A stretch of DNA of 64,000 bases, taken from the NCBI GenBank assembly GCA_024684355.1, contig JAIKXA010000060.1:13476-77475 (forward strand), in the 5' to 3' direction. The notes below the pieces were generated by a model. The model was given only the letters and a program-made list of their open reading frames with translations. It was not told the DNA's origin and did no database searches. The translations under genes and the position numbers were made by a program. Of this stretch, positions 1 to 10,127 are shown one piece after another; the stretch's first letter is position 1, and each line of letters starts with the position of its first letter. Source of the stretch: Lachnospiraceae bacterium (GTDB lineage: Bacteria > Bacillota > Clostridia > Lachnospirales > Lachnospiraceae).

Positions 1-655
1 AAGGGACTTAACCGCCGGAGAGATGCTTGAACAGATATATGAGATGCAGAAGGCGGAAAACGTCCGGATATCCAACATCGTGGTCATGGGTACCGGAGAA
101 CCCTTCGATAATTTTGATAATTTCATCCGTTTTTATGAGATGATAACCGATAAGGACGGACTAAACATAAGCGGCAGGAATATTACGGTATCAACCTGCG
201 GCATAGTTGATAAGATACGTGAACTGGCAGACAAAAAATATGCTCTTACACTGGCCATTTCATTGCATGCACCGAACGATACCTTAAGAAAGACCATAAT
301 GCCGTCGGCAAATAAGTATAGGATTAGCGATATCATGGCGGCATGTGATTATTTCTTTGAAAAAACGGGCAGACGGGTTACTTTTGAATACAGCCTCATA
401 TCCGGCATAAATGATTCGGCTGAGTGTGCGAAAGAGCTTGCAGAGCTTGTAAAAGGAAAGAACTGCCACATTAATCTGATACCGGTAAATCCCGTAAAAG
501 AGCGGGATTTTGTAAGAAGCGGGACCGAGAAAACCGCCGATTTTAAAAAATTGCTTGAAAAAAACAGAATAAATGTTACTATTAGAAGAGGAATGGGTAA
601 AAATATCGACGCCGCATGCGGTCAGTTAAGACGAAGCTACATGAACGGCGAGTAA
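1..655 (+). CDS. rlmN: Radical-SAM 23S rRNA/tRNA adenine-C2 methyltransferase RlmN (C-terminal part; 5' end outside window)
   Basis: Frame is open from base 2 to the stop at 655. Motifs MGTGEPFDN, LAISLHAPND, INLIPVNP and IDAACGQLR. Firmicute-typical rlmN-stp-pknB-rsgA-rpe order. Confidence 0.9.
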   Translation, partial: RDLTAGEMLEQIYEMQKAENVRISNIVVMGTGEPFDNFDNFIRFYEMITDKDGLNISGRNITVSTCGIVDKIRELADKKYALTLAISLHAPNDTLRKTIMPSANKYRISDIMAACDYFFEKTGRRVTFEYSLISGINDSAECAKELAELVKGKNCHINLIPVNPVKERDFVRSGTEKTADFKKLLEKNRINVTIRRGMGKNIDAACGQLRRSYMNGE

Positions 656-665
656 GGAAAGAGGG

Positions 666-1412
666 GTGATTCGGTTGCAGGCAGTTGCGAAAACAGACGT
701 CGGTATCATGAGACAGATGAACCAGGACTACTGCTATGCCAATACAAACGAGACCGGATTGCTTCCGAACCTGTTTATTGTGGCTGACGGTATGGGCGGT
801 CATAATGCGGGAGATTACGCATCGCGTTTCTGCGTGGAAAAGTTTGTGGAGCTTGTACGTAATGCGGGCAGCGGAGTGATCAGCAAGCTCAGTTTCCTGG
901 AAAATGCCATCAGGGAGACAAACGAGCAGCTGATAGTAAAAGCGGCGGAGGACCCTGAGCTTGAAGGCATGGGTACCACGTTTGTGGCTGCTACGGTTTC
1001 CGAAAACAATGAAATGGATGTCCTTAATATCGGAGACAGCAGGCTTTATCTGATAAATGACGAGATAACACAGATAACAGAGGATCATTCCTTAGTTATG
1101 GAGATGGTTAAAAACGGGGATATAAAGAAGGAGGAAGCAAGGTTTCATCCTAAGAAAAACGTAGTAACCCGCGCCATCAGTGCTATCGGAGTGGTAATAC
1201 CGGACATGTTCCGTTTGCCGGTAAAAAAAGACGACATAATACTTCTTTGTTCGGACGGTTTATCAAATATGATTGCGGATTCTGAAATTTATGATATAAT
1301 CAATGAGAATCGCGATGATCTGAATAAAGCCTCCGAGGTTCTTATCGAAAGAGCAAACCGCAACGGCGGAAGGGACAATATAACCGTTGTGCTGGTAAAA
1401 ATAGAGGACTAA
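666..1412 (+). CDS. stp: PP2C-family Ser/Thr protein phosphatase (Stp/PrpC)
   Basis: GTG start after a GAGGGG RBS. PP2C motifs ADGMGGHNAGDYAS, LLCSDGLSN and GGRDNITVV. Lies directly upstream of the PASTA kinase. Confidence 0.9.
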   Translation: MIRLQAVAKTDVGIMRQMNQDYCYANTNETGLLPNLFIVADGMGGHNAGDYASRFCVEKFVELVRNAGSGVISKLSFLENAIRETNEQLIVKAAEDPELEGMGTTFVAATVSENNEMDVLNIGDSRLYLINDEITQITEDHSLVMEMVKNGDIKKEEARFHPKKNVVTRAISAIGVVIPDMFRLPVKKDDIILLCSDGLSNMIADSEIYDIINENRDDLNKASEVLIERANRNGGRDNITVVLVKIED

Positions 1413-1438
1413 AAAGAGTTTATTTGTGAGGAAAGAAA

Positions 1439-3418
1439 ATGATAAAAGCAGGAATGTATATCAGCGACAGATATGAGATAATCGACAAGGTCGGTTCCGG
1501 CGGAATGGCAGATGTATACAAAGCACTCTGTCACAGGCTTAACCGTTATGTCGCTATTAAGATTCTGAAACCCGAATATTCCACAGACGCAAGCTTTGTA
1601 CAGAAATTCAGAGCCGAAGCACAGTCTGTAGCAGGTCTTTCACATCCGAATATTGTCAGCGTATATGATGTAGGTGAGGACGATGGTCTCTATTATATAG
1701 TAATGGAGCTCGTTGAGGGTATCACCTTAAAGCGTTTTATCGAGAAAAGGAAAACACTTGATGTTAAGGAAGCGGTAGGCATTGCCATCCAGATCGCCAT
1801 GGGTATGGAAGCCGCTCATACACATCATATCATACACAGGGACATCAAGCCCCAGAATATCATCATCTCCAGGGAAGGAAAGGTTAAGGTTGCCGATTTC
1901 GGTATAGCAAAGGCTGCCACATCGAATACCATATCGCAGAATGCCATAGGTTCGGTACATTATCTTTCACCTGAGCAGGCCAGAGGCGGTTACAGTGATG
2001 AGCGAAGCGATATTTACTCACTCGGTGTAACATTATATGAGATGCTCAGCGGACAGGTGCCTTTTGCAGGCGACAATTCCGTATCGGTAGCACTTCTTCA
2101 TATCCAGAGTGAAGCGATACCCGTAAGAGAGCTTAATCCCGAGGTACCTTTAAGCGTAGACAAGATCATACAGAAATGTATGCAGAAGAAGCCCGAGCGC
2201 AGATATCAGACAGCTGCAGAGCTTATAGTTGACTTAAAGCGCTCCGTGATCAACCCTGACGGTGATTACGTAAGCATCTCTTCAAATGCGATGATCAGTT
2301 CTTCTCCAACAAGAAATATAACCGAGGAAGAGCTTAATACCATAAAGAGTGCGGCCAAGACACCCGCCACACATATCACATATTCCGACAGAAAGACCAA
2401 GAAAAAGGTTAAGCGTGAGACCGAGGAGCTTGATACCATGGATTCGGGACTCGAGAAAGTCCTTACGGTGGTCAGTGTCCTTGCGGCCATAGCTTTATTG
2501 GTACTTATTTTCTACCTTGCATGGAACTTATTTGTTAAGGACGGTGATAACGGCGGTTCGGGATTCCTTTCCGGAATATTTAACAATACGGAAAATACAG
2601 GTACACCCGCCACAACCACACCGGAGACAGGTCCTACCATATACTTTTCAGAGTCACCCACACCTTCACCTTCACCTACACCGGTAGGTTCGGTACTTGT
2701 TGAGGTGCCCAGAGTTATCGGTCTTACCCGAGAGGATGCTGAGGAGACATTGCTTATAAAGTCTCCGAACTTCCAGATCGTATTTAATGAAGAGTTTAAT
2801 GATACAGTGGCAAAGGATCTTGTAGCCGGCCAGTATCCGGAAGAGCATTCGATGGTACCTGCCGATAAGCAGATAATACTTACCCTTAGTGTCGGACCCG
2901 AGATGAAGGAACTTATGGATGTTAAGGGACGTGATTCCTACTCTGCAAAGACACTTCTTGAAAATAACGATTACAAGACCGAATTCTTAGAAGAGTTTGA
3001 TGACGTTGTCGAAGCAGGTTATGTTATAAGGACCGAGCCCGATGCGGGCGAGATGCTTCCCAAGGGCGAGCTTGTAAGAGTATATGTTAGCCGCGGACGT
3101 GAGATCAAGTATGTCGAATGTCCCGATATCGTAAGCAGAAAGCAGGCAAGAGCTGAGAAGATGCTTACAGGGGCAAACCTCACCGTCGGCGAGATCAGAT
3201 ATGAAAACAGTGATATTTTTGATGCAGGTCTGGTTATAAGCCAGGATGTTGAAGCCGGTTCACAGGTTGAGGAAGGCAGCGAGATCGGATTTGTTGTCAG
3301 CCTCGGACCTGAGATCGTTACAACTCCCGAGCCCACACCCGATCCCATAACACCTCCTGCCGGCGGATATAACGAAGACCCCGCAGGTAACGGAGAAGGC
3401 GGTTTCCCTGCCGGCTGA
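1439..3418 (+). CDS. prkC: PASTA-domain Ser/Thr protein kinase (PknB/PrkC type)
   Basis: Hanks kinase motifs GSGGMADVYKA, VAIKIL, HRDIKPQNI, DFGIAKA and SPEQARG. One TM helix, three PASTA-like repeats and a Pro/Gly-rich tail. Confidence 0.93.
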   Translation: MIKAGMYISDRYEIIDKVGSGGMADVYKALCHRLNRYVAIKILKPEYSTDASFVQKFRAEAQSVAGLSHPNIVSVYDVGEDDGLYYIVMELVEGITLKRFIEKRKTLDVKEAVGIAIQIAMGMEAAHTHHIIHRDIKPQNIIISREGKVKVADFGIAKAATSNTISQNAIGSVHYLSPEQARGGYSDERSDIYSLGVTLYEMLSGQVPFAGDNSVSVALLHIQSEAIPVRELNPEVPLSVDKIIQKCMQKKPERRYQTAAELIVDLKRSVINPDGDYVSISSNAMISSSPTRNITEEELNTIKSAAKTPATHITYSDRKTKKKVKRETEELDTMDSGLEKVLTVVSVLAAIALLVLIFYLAWNLFVKDGDNGGSGFLSGIFNNTENTGTPATTTPETGPTIYFSESPTPSPSPTPVGSVLVEVPRVIGLTREDAEETLLIKSPNFQIVFNEEFNDTVAKDLVAGQYPEEHSMVPADKQIILTLSVGPEMKELMDVKGRDSYSAKTLLENNDYKTEFLEEFDDVVEAGYVIRTEPDAGEMLPKGELVRVYVSRGREIKYVECPDIVSRKQARAEKMLTGANLTVGEIRYENSDIFDAGLVISQDVEAGSQVEEGSEIGFVVSLGPEIVTTPEPTPDPITPPAGGYNEDPAGNGEGGFPAG

Positions 3419-3480
3419 TAATGTAAGTAAGAGCTGTCGTGTAACCATAGACAGCCCTTTCTTTTAGGAAAGAGATTCTG

Positions 3481-4359
3481 ATGGTAGGAAAGATAATAAA
3501 AGGAGTGGCCGGTACTTATACCGTGGTCGGAGAGGATAACCACAGGTATGAGTGTAAGGCCAGAGGTATTTTCAGAAAAAACGGCATCACCCCTTTGGTC
3601 GGAGATAACGCTGAATTTGAGATAACCCATGAGGCGGAAAGCGAAGGGAATATCTTAAAGATACTTAAAAGGAAAAATGAGCTTATACGTCCGGCCTGTG
3701 CAAATGTAGATCAGGTGCTGGTAGTATTTGCCGCAGCTGATCCGGAGCCGAATTTTAATCTTTTGGACAGATTCCTCATCATGATGAAAAAGCAGGGTGT
3801 GGATACCGTCATCTGCTTCAACAAAAAGGATATAGCGGGCAGTGCCAAGCTTGAGCTTATAGCGAGAAATTATGAGGCAAGCGGGCTGTCGCTGGTTTAT
3901 ACAAGTGTATTGTATAAAGAAGGGAAAGAAAGGATAGAGGAAATACTTAAAGGTAAGACCACTATACTGGCCGGTCCTTCCGGAGTCGGGAAGTCATCCA
4001 TGATGAACATGCTTTCCGAAGCCGCACTTATGGAGGTAGGAGAGCTCAGCGAAAAGATAAAGCGCGGAAAGCAGACTACCAGACATACCGAGCTTATAGA
4101 GCTCGGTCAGGATACATTCCTTTGCGATTCACCCGGGTTTTCATCCATATATCTTACGGGGATTGAGGCCAAAGAGCTTAAAGACTATTATCCTGAGTTT
4201 GAGAAATACGCGGGAGAGTGCAGGTTTTTAACCTGCAATCATATAAGTGAGCCCGACTGTGCGGTAAAAAATGCCGTGGAACAGGGGATTATCAGCAGGG
4301 GAAGATATGATAATTATTGTCTTCTGTATAATGAACTGAAATCAAAAAAACAATTTTGA
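3481..4359 (+). CDS. rsgA: Ribosome small-subunit biogenesis GTPase RsgA
   Basis: Circularly permuted GTPase motif order (NKKDI ... GPSGVGKSS ... DSPGF). C-terminal Cys/His zinc knuckle CRFLTCNHISEPDC. Confidence 0.92.
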   Translation: MVGKIIKGVAGTYTVVGEDNHRYECKARGIFRKNGITPLVGDNAEFEITHEAESEGNILKILKRKNELIRPACANVDQVLVVFAAADPEPNFNLLDRFLIMMKKQGVDTVICFNKKDIAGSAKLELIARNYEASGLSLVYTSVLYKEGKERIEEILKGKTTILAGPSGVGKSSMMNMLSEAALMEVGELSEKIKRGKQTTRHTELIELGQDTFLCDSPGFSSIYLTGIEAKELKDYYPEFEKYAGECRFLTCNHISEPDCAVKNAVEQGIISRGRYDNYCLLYNELKSKKQF

Positions 4360-4410
4360 CATTTATGCCGTTTATCGCGGCAATACTTTAAGAAAGGACA
4401 GGACGGATCG

Positions 4411-5061
4411 ATGAACCAGTTGGCACCTTCTATTTTGGCAGCGGACTTCTTCAGGCTGGGAGAACAGATAAAGGAGGTTGAGAAGGCCGGAGCGCGTTAC
4501 CTCCATATCGATGTAATGGACGGTACCTTTGTACCGAGCATCTCATTCGGACTTCCTCTTATTACTTCCATAAGAAAGAATACGGGTCTTATATTTGATG
4601 TCCATCTTATGGTGACTGAACCCGAGCGCTTTGTGGATCAGTTTGCCGATGCGGGCGCCGATATCATCACTGTGCATTATGAGGCCTGCACCCATCTTAA
4701 CAGGACCTTAAAGCATATAAAGGAAAGGGGCATAAAAGCGGGCGTAGCGCTTAATCCTGCAACCATCCCCGATAATTTGAGATATTTATACGACTATATG
4801 GATATGATACTTGTCATGTCGGTCAATCCCGGTTTCGGAGGCCAGGAGTTTATACCCGAGACACTGGATAAGCTTAGAGAGGTACGTAAGCTTGTTAAAG
4901 AAAGCGGACGTGATATCGATATCGAGGTGGACGGCGGTATAACGCTTGACAATGTTTCCGAGATACTTGGTGCCGGTGCAAACGTCATAGTATCCGGCAG
5001 CAGTGTATTTAAGGGGAATATCGCGGATAATGTAGCAGGCTTTCTTAAGATTATGGGGTAA
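4411..5061 (+). CDS. rpe: Ribulose-phosphate 3-epimerase
   Basis: Motifs HIDVMDGTFVP, DVHLMV, MSVNPGFGGQ and VDGGI. Confidence 0.93.
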   Translation: MNQLAPSILAADFFRLGEQIKEVEKAGARYLHIDVMDGTFVPSISFGLPLITSIRKNTGLIFDVHLMVTEPERFVDQFADAGADIITVHYEACTHLNRTLKHIKERGIKAGVALNPATIPDNLRYLYDYMDMILVMSVNPGFGGQEFIPETLDKLREVRKLVKESGRDIDIEVDGGITLDNVSEILGAGANVIVSGSSVFKGNIADNVAGFLKIMG

Positions 5062-5796
5062 ATGCCTATGAAGTTGGATGAAATAAAACTGGGTTCTGTT
5101 ATAGAGATATACATCAGGCGTAACAACTCGGCTTACAAAACAGTCAGCAAGGTTGAATACTCCGATGAGAAATTCATAGGTGTCACGCCTATCGCCAGTA
5201 AGCACGGGCTTTTCCGCTTCCATACGGATGACGAAGTGGATATAGTATACCGTGAGGGCGATAAATACTGGAAATGGGAGAGAGTAAAGACCGGTATAGC
5301 CAGACGTAAGGACGGCAGCAGGCTTCATATTTTCTCGGCTCCGGTGAATGCGGTACACTTTAACAGACGTACACAGTTCAGATTTGAGATCGGTACCGAG
5401 ATCAAGATGAGATACGAACGGTTTAAAAAGGACAGCGAGCCGGGTGTGGAAAACGAAAAAACACCATCGTTGGCACTTGATAATATCCTTCTCATGCTTG
5501 ACGAACACTATGAGGAAGTTGAATGCAGGGGATATCTGAAAGACTTAAGCGAAGGCGGAGCCTCCGTTGAGACGGATGTCAAGCTTGAAAAGGGAGTATT
5601 TGTCAGCTTCGAGATAGATTCGGAGCTGGGCCCCGTACAGTTAAGGGGAGTTATTATAAGAGTCAGGGAAGACAAGCACGGTTATTTTGATTATACATAC
5701 GGAGTTTCATTTGTAGAAACAAGCAAGAATTATATGCAGTATTTTTATCTTCAGCAAAGGAAGCAGCTCTATGAGCAGAGCGAAGCTTCAAAATGA
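5062..5796 (+). CDS. PilZ-domain c-di-GMP-binding protein (YcgR-like architecture)
   Basis: RxxxR motif (NRRTQFR) followed by the D-x-S-x-x-G motif (DLSEGG) in the C-terminal half. Confidence 0.75.
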   Translation: MPMKLDEIKLGSVIEIYIRRNNSAYKTVSKVEYSDEKFIGVTPIASKHGLFRFHTDDEVDIVYREGDKYWKWERVKTGIARRKDGSRLHIFSAPVNAVHFNRRTQFRFEIGTEIKMRYERFKKDSEPGVENEKTPSLALDNILLMLDEHYEEVECRGYLKDLSEGGASVETDVKLEKGVFVSFEIDSELGPVQLRGVIIRVREDKHGYFDYTYGVSFVETSKNYMQYFYLQQRKQLYEQSEASK

Positions 5797-5821
5797 TCTC
5801 TTTAGATTAGGGAGGCTGTAT

Positions 5822-8800
5822 ATGAAGAGTGTAAGAAGAGTATGTGCCTTGATCGTACTGCTTGCGGCAGCGGTCACCTGTATATTATGCGGAATATCTG
5901 AACCTGTAAATGCCCAGAACTCTTCGGGTGTGGATTACAGCGAAATGTCCATTAATCCCATAGCCAAGGGCGAAGGTTATTCAGCGGTCCTTTATGATAA
6001 CAGAAACGGACTTCCTACGGCTGAGGCCAATGCCATAACCGAGACGGAAGAAGGCTTTTTGTGGATAGGCGGATACAGCGGACTTGTCAGATATGACGGC
6101 AACACCTTTGAAAGAATGGACTCTACAACCGGTATCACGAGCGTAGTAAGCCTTTTTATAGACTCCAAGGGGCGTCTGTGGATAGGTACGAATGATAACG
6201 GCGTAGCTGTTATGGATAAGGGAAATGTCAGACGTTATGATATTGACGAAGGCCTGAAATCCTCGTCGGTACGCTGTATAACCGAAGACAGTAACGGTAC
6301 GATATATATTGCTTCTACACGCGGTATCAATGTTATAGGCACTGATATGGAGCTTAAACCGTTTGACGGAAAGCAGGTAAACGATCAGTATATTGATGAG
6401 CTGAGGATCACCGATAATGATGTTATATACGGCTTAACACATGACGGAGCCATCTTTATCATAAAGGGCGGCGAGGTCACTTCTTTCTACGGAGCCAAGT
6501 CACTCGGTGTAGGAAGTGCCAATTGTATACTCCCCGACCCTGATAATGAGGGGTATATTTATATAGGTAATACGGAATCACAAATATACTACGGCCTATT
6601 GGACGGTGAACTTAAAAACGCAAGAAGGATAACTACCAAGGACGATAGTATTATATCCGCTGACGATACCGAAAGCCTTAAGACCATAGCATCGATAGAA
6701 AAGTTTGGCGATCAGCTCTGGGTATGTGCAGATAACGGCATAGGTATATATGACGCGGACGGATTCCATATACTGCAGAACATACCGCTCAATAATTCCA
6801 TAGAGCATATTATGGTCGATTATGAGGGCAATATCTGGTTTACCTCGTCAAGACAGGGCATAATGAAGATCGTGCCCGACAGGTTTACAAATGTATTTGA
6901 TAAATACGGTCTTAAAAGTGCGGTAGTTAACTCAATATGCCTTTATGACGGTATGCTTTTCATAGGAAGCGATACCGGCCTTACCATTGTGGACGGTACG
7001 AAGGTAGTGGATGAGTATTATGTTACATATAAAAACAGCGAAGACAGATTCAGGTTCTACCCCAACCTTGTAAAACTGCTGGACGGCTGCAGGATCAGGT
7101 CTATCAAAAAGGACAAGGACAACAGACTCTGGATCTCGACATACAGCGACAGGGGTCTTATCGTATTGGACAATAAGAAGCTCACCAGGTATGATTTTGA
7201 CGGCGGACTTCCGTCCAATAAGATAAGGACGGTATACGTCTGTGAGGACGGCACGGCCATGGTTGCATGCAGCGGCGGTCTGGTGCTGATAAAAGACGGT
7301 GTGATATCTCAGAAGTTCGATTCTACATCGGGGATCAATAATCTGGATGTTCTTTCGGCAGTCGAAGGTTTCAGCGGTGACATGATCTTAGGTACCGACG
7401 GAAACGGAATATACATCATAAAAGGTCAGAATGTTACCAACCTCGGAAAAAAGGACGGGCTTGAATCCGAAGTTATAATGAGGATAAAAAGGGACGATGA
7501 AAGAAAGCTGTACTGGATCGTTACAAGTAACTCTATAGCATACATGACCGAGGATTACAAGATAACGACCATAAAGAAGTTCCCTTACTCGAACAACTTC
7601 GACATGTATGAGAATAACGCAGGCGAGATGTGGATACTTTCAAGTAACGGTATCTATGTAATATCCGTTGACGACCTTTTGGCAAATGAAGATATCAATC
7701 CGGTATTCTTCAGCATGGATAACGGACTCCCCTGTATAACAACAGCCAATTCATACAGTGCATTATCGGAAGACGGCACTCTTTATATAGCGGGAACCAC
7801 GGGCGTGGCAAGTGTCAATATCAATGAAGCCATGATCGATGTGGACAATATCAAGATGTCGGTGCCTTATGTGGAAGCGGACGGCGTAATGATCTATCCC
7901 GATGAACAGGGCAGGTTAATTATACCTTCAAGTGTACAAAAGGTTACGATATATGCATATGTTTATACATACGCACTGATCAATCCCAAGGTTACATACT
8001 GGCTGGACGGTTTTGAAAAGGATTTCATAACGGTCAGCAGAAAAAATATGGAGCCCGTAGTATATACCAACCTTGAAGGCGGTACATATCATTTCATGAT
8101 GATCCTTCAGGATGCTCTCGGAAGAGGGGATAAAAAGCTTGATGTTATGATCGTCAAGGAAAAGAACTTTTTTGAGCAGTCATGGTTCAGGCTTTTCCTT
8201 GTTATCGCTGTCATTGCGCTTATAGCAGGTACCATAGCTTACATAGTACACAAAAAGACGGCAGCTCTCATGAAGAAGAATGAACAGAACAGGCAGTTCA
8301 TTAATGAGATGACTGAAGCTTTTGCGAAGACCATCGATATGAAGGACAAGTACACAAACGGTCATTCGCAGCGTGTGGCAGAATACACGGCTATGCTTAC
8401 CAAAGAGCTCGGATACGATGACGAAACCGTTGAAAAGTACAGAAATATCGCGCTTTTGCATGATATAGGAAAGATATCGATCCCTCCTGAAGTTTTAAAT
8501 AAGGAAGGAAAGCTGACCGATCAGGAGTTTAACATCATCAAGTCGCATTCGGCACAGGGTTATAAGGTACTTAAGGATATAAGCCTTATGCGCGAGCTCG
8601 CCATCGGAGCCGGACAGCATCATGAAAGACCTGACGGCAAGGGATATCCTAAGGGACTTAAGGGAGACCAGATAGAAAGAGTCGCTCAGATCATAGCTGT
8701 GGCAGATACCTTTGATGCCATGTATTCCGACAGGCCTTACCGTAAACGTATGAATTTCGAAAAGGCTGTTTCGATCATTAAGGAAGTGTCGGGTACACAG

Positions 8801-8950
8801 CTTACAGAGGATGTGGTTGATGCATTCTTAAGGATAGTGGACAGAGGCGGCTTAAGAGCCGAGGACGATCACGGCGGCGGAAGCACCGAGGATATCGACA
8901 ACATCCACAAGCAGCAGAATAAGGATGCTGAGAAAAAACATAACAAATAA
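5822..8950 (+). CDS. Membrane sensor with periplasmic beta-propeller/Y_Y_Y-like region and a cytoplasmic HD-GYP domain (putative c-di-GMP phosphodiesterase)
   Basis: ATG at 5822 is preceded by a GGGAGG RBS (the ORF track start at 5771 overlaps the PilZ gene). Signal/TM at the N-terminus, repeated W-I-G-T/L-W-I-ST propeller-like blades and a second TM near aa 760. HD-GYP motifs HDIGK and HHERPDGKGYPKGL. Confidence 0.85.
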   Translation: MKSVRRVCALIVLLAAAVTCILCGISEPVNAQNSSGVDYSEMSINPIAKGEGYSAVLYDNRNGLPTAEANAITETEEGFLWIGGYSGLVRYDGNTFERMDSTTGITSVVSLFIDSKGRLWIGTNDNGVAVMDKGNVRRYDIDEGLKSSSVRCITEDSNGTIYIASTRGINVIGTDMELKPFDGKQVNDQYIDELRITDNDVIYGLTHDGAIFIIKGGEVTSFYGAKSLGVGSANCILPDPDNEGYIYIGNTESQIYYGLLDGELKNARRITTKDDSIISADDTESLKTIASIEKFGDQLWVCADNGIGIYDADGFHILQNIPLNNSIEHIMVDYEGNIWFTSSRQGIMKIVPDRFTNVFDKYGLKSAVVNSICLYDGMLFIGSDTGLTIVDGTKVVDEYYVTYKNSEDRFRFYPNLVKLLDGCRIRSIKKDKDNRLWISTYSDRGLIVLDNKKLTRYDFDGGLPSNKIRTVYVCEDGTAMVACSGGLVLIKDGVISQKFDSTSGINNLDVLSAVEGFSGDMILGTDGNGIYIIKGQNVTNLGKKDGLESEVIMRIKRDDERKLYWIVTSNSIAYMTEDYKITTIKKFPYSNNFDMYENNAGEMWILSSNGIYVISVDDLLANEDINPVFFSMDNGLPCITTANSYSALSEDGTLYIAGTTGVASVNINEAMIDVDNIKMSVPYVEADGVMIYPDEQGRLIIPSSVQKVTIYAYVYTYALINPKVTYWLDGFEKDFITVSRKNMEPVVYTNLEGGTYHFMMILQDALGRGDKKLDVMIVKEKNFFEQSWFRLFLVIAVIALIAGTIAYIVHKKTAALMKKNEQNRQFINEMTEAFAKTIDMKDKYTNGHSQRVAEYTAMLTKELGYDDETVEKYRNIALLHDIGKISIPPEVLNKEGKLTDQEFNIIKSHSAQGYKVLKDISLMRELAIGAGQHHERPDGKGYPKGLKGDQIERVAQIIAVADTFDAMYSDRPYRKRMNFEKAVSIIKEVSGTQLTEDVVDAFLRIVDRGGLRAEDDHGGGSTEDIDNIHKQQNKDAEKKHNK

Positions 8951-8972
8951 TTTTTAAGGAGACTAAAGGGTA

Positions 8973-10070
8973 ATGAAATTAGGCATTATAGGCTTGCCGA
9001 ACGTAGGCAAGAGCACATTGTTCAATTCGCTGACAAAAGCGGGAGCGGAGTCTGCAAACTATCCGTTCTGTACCATTAATCCCAATGTGGGTGTGGTAGC
9101 GGTTCCGGATGAAAGGCTCGATGTACTGACCGACATGTATAAGTCGGAGTCAAAGGTTCCTGCCGTTATAGAGTTTGTGGATATAGCGGGACTCGTAAAG
9201 GGAGCTTCAAAGGGTGAAGGTCTCGGCAACCAGTTCCTTTCACATATCCGTGAAGTAGATGCGATAGTTCATGTGGTAAGATGCTTTGAGGATACCAATA
9301 TAGTCCATGTTGACGGAAGCGTCAATCCGGAAAGAGATATCGAGACCATCAATTTAGAGCTTATCTTTGCAGACCTTGAGGTTATAGAAAAAAGGATAGC
9401 CAAAGGCATAAAGGGTGCCGCAAACAACAAGACACTGGCAAAGGAAGTCGATCTGTTAAAGAGGTTAAAGGAGATGCTCGAGGCAGGAAAGCTTGCCAAG
9501 ACATTTACCACCGATGACGAGGAAGAACAGGCAATGTTTGATTCGTTCGGTCTGCTTACCTCCAAGCCCGTTATCTTTGCGGCAAACGTAAAAGAAGATG
9601 ACCTTGCTGACGATGGTGCATCCAACCCTCATGTACAGGCAGTAAGAAAATTTGCCGAAAATGACGGTGACGGAGCATTTGTGGTATGTGCAGAGATAGA
9701 GCAGGAGCTTTCGGAGCTTGACGATGAGGAAAAGAAGGCATTCTTAGAGGACCTCGGAGTAAAGAAGTCGGGATTAGAGAAGCTGATAGTGGCATGCTAT
9801 GACCTCCTCGGACTTATGAGCTTCCTTACCGCAGGTCCCAAGGAGACAAGAGCCTGGACCATCAGAAAAGGTACCAAGGCACCCCAGGCGGCAGGAAAGA
9901 TCCATTCTGATTTCGAACGCGGTTTCATAAGAGCCGAAGTAGTAAACTACGACAATCTCGTAGCCTGCGGCGGATACAACGGTGCCAAGGACAAAGGTCT
10001 TGTCCGTTCCGAAGGTAAGGAATATGTAGTACAGGATGGCGACGTAATTTTATTCCGTTTTAATGTTTAA
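8973..10070 (+). CDS. ychF: Ribosome-binding ATPase YchF
   Basis: Motifs GLPNVGKSTLFN, FCTINPNVG and DIAGLVKGASKGEGLGNQFL. C-terminal TGS-like end. Confidence 0.95.
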   Translation: MKLGIIGLPNVGKSTLFNSLTKAGAESANYPFCTINPNVGVVAVPDERLDVLTDMYKSESKVPAVIEFVDIAGLVKGASKGEGLGNQFLSHIREVDAIVHVVRCFEDTNIVHVDGSVNPERDIETINLELIFADLEVIEKRIAKGIKGAANNKTLAKEVDLLKRLKEMLEAGKLAKTFTTDDEEEQAMFDSFGLLTSKPVIFAANVKEDDLADDGASNPHVQAVRKFAENDGDGAFVVCAEIEQELSELDDEEKKAFLEDLGVKKSGLEKLIVACYDLLGLMSFLTAGPKETRAWTIRKGTKAPQAAGKIHSDFERGFIRAEVVNYDNLVACGGYNGAKDKGLVRSEGKEYVVQDGDVILFRFNV

Positions 10071-10127
10071 GAAACAGTATTACTGAACACAATAATAATT
10101 TTTTTATAATCAATTATGATGTAGTAA

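Noticed and set aside
4786-5508. A 240-aa antisense ORF spanning the rpe/PilZ junction. Similar long antisense ORFs occur at 11746-12375, 42206-42898, 46721-47365 and 35810-36274.
   Set aside because: They sit opposite genes with unmistakable family motifs, have no RBS and give compositionally odd translations. This is typical shadow-ORF behaviour.
5771-5821. The upstream extension of the HD-GYP sensor ORF that overlaps the PilZ gene.
   Set aside because: ATG at 5822 has a GGGAGG RBS and begins a typical signal/TM sequence. The 17 extra residues have no support.
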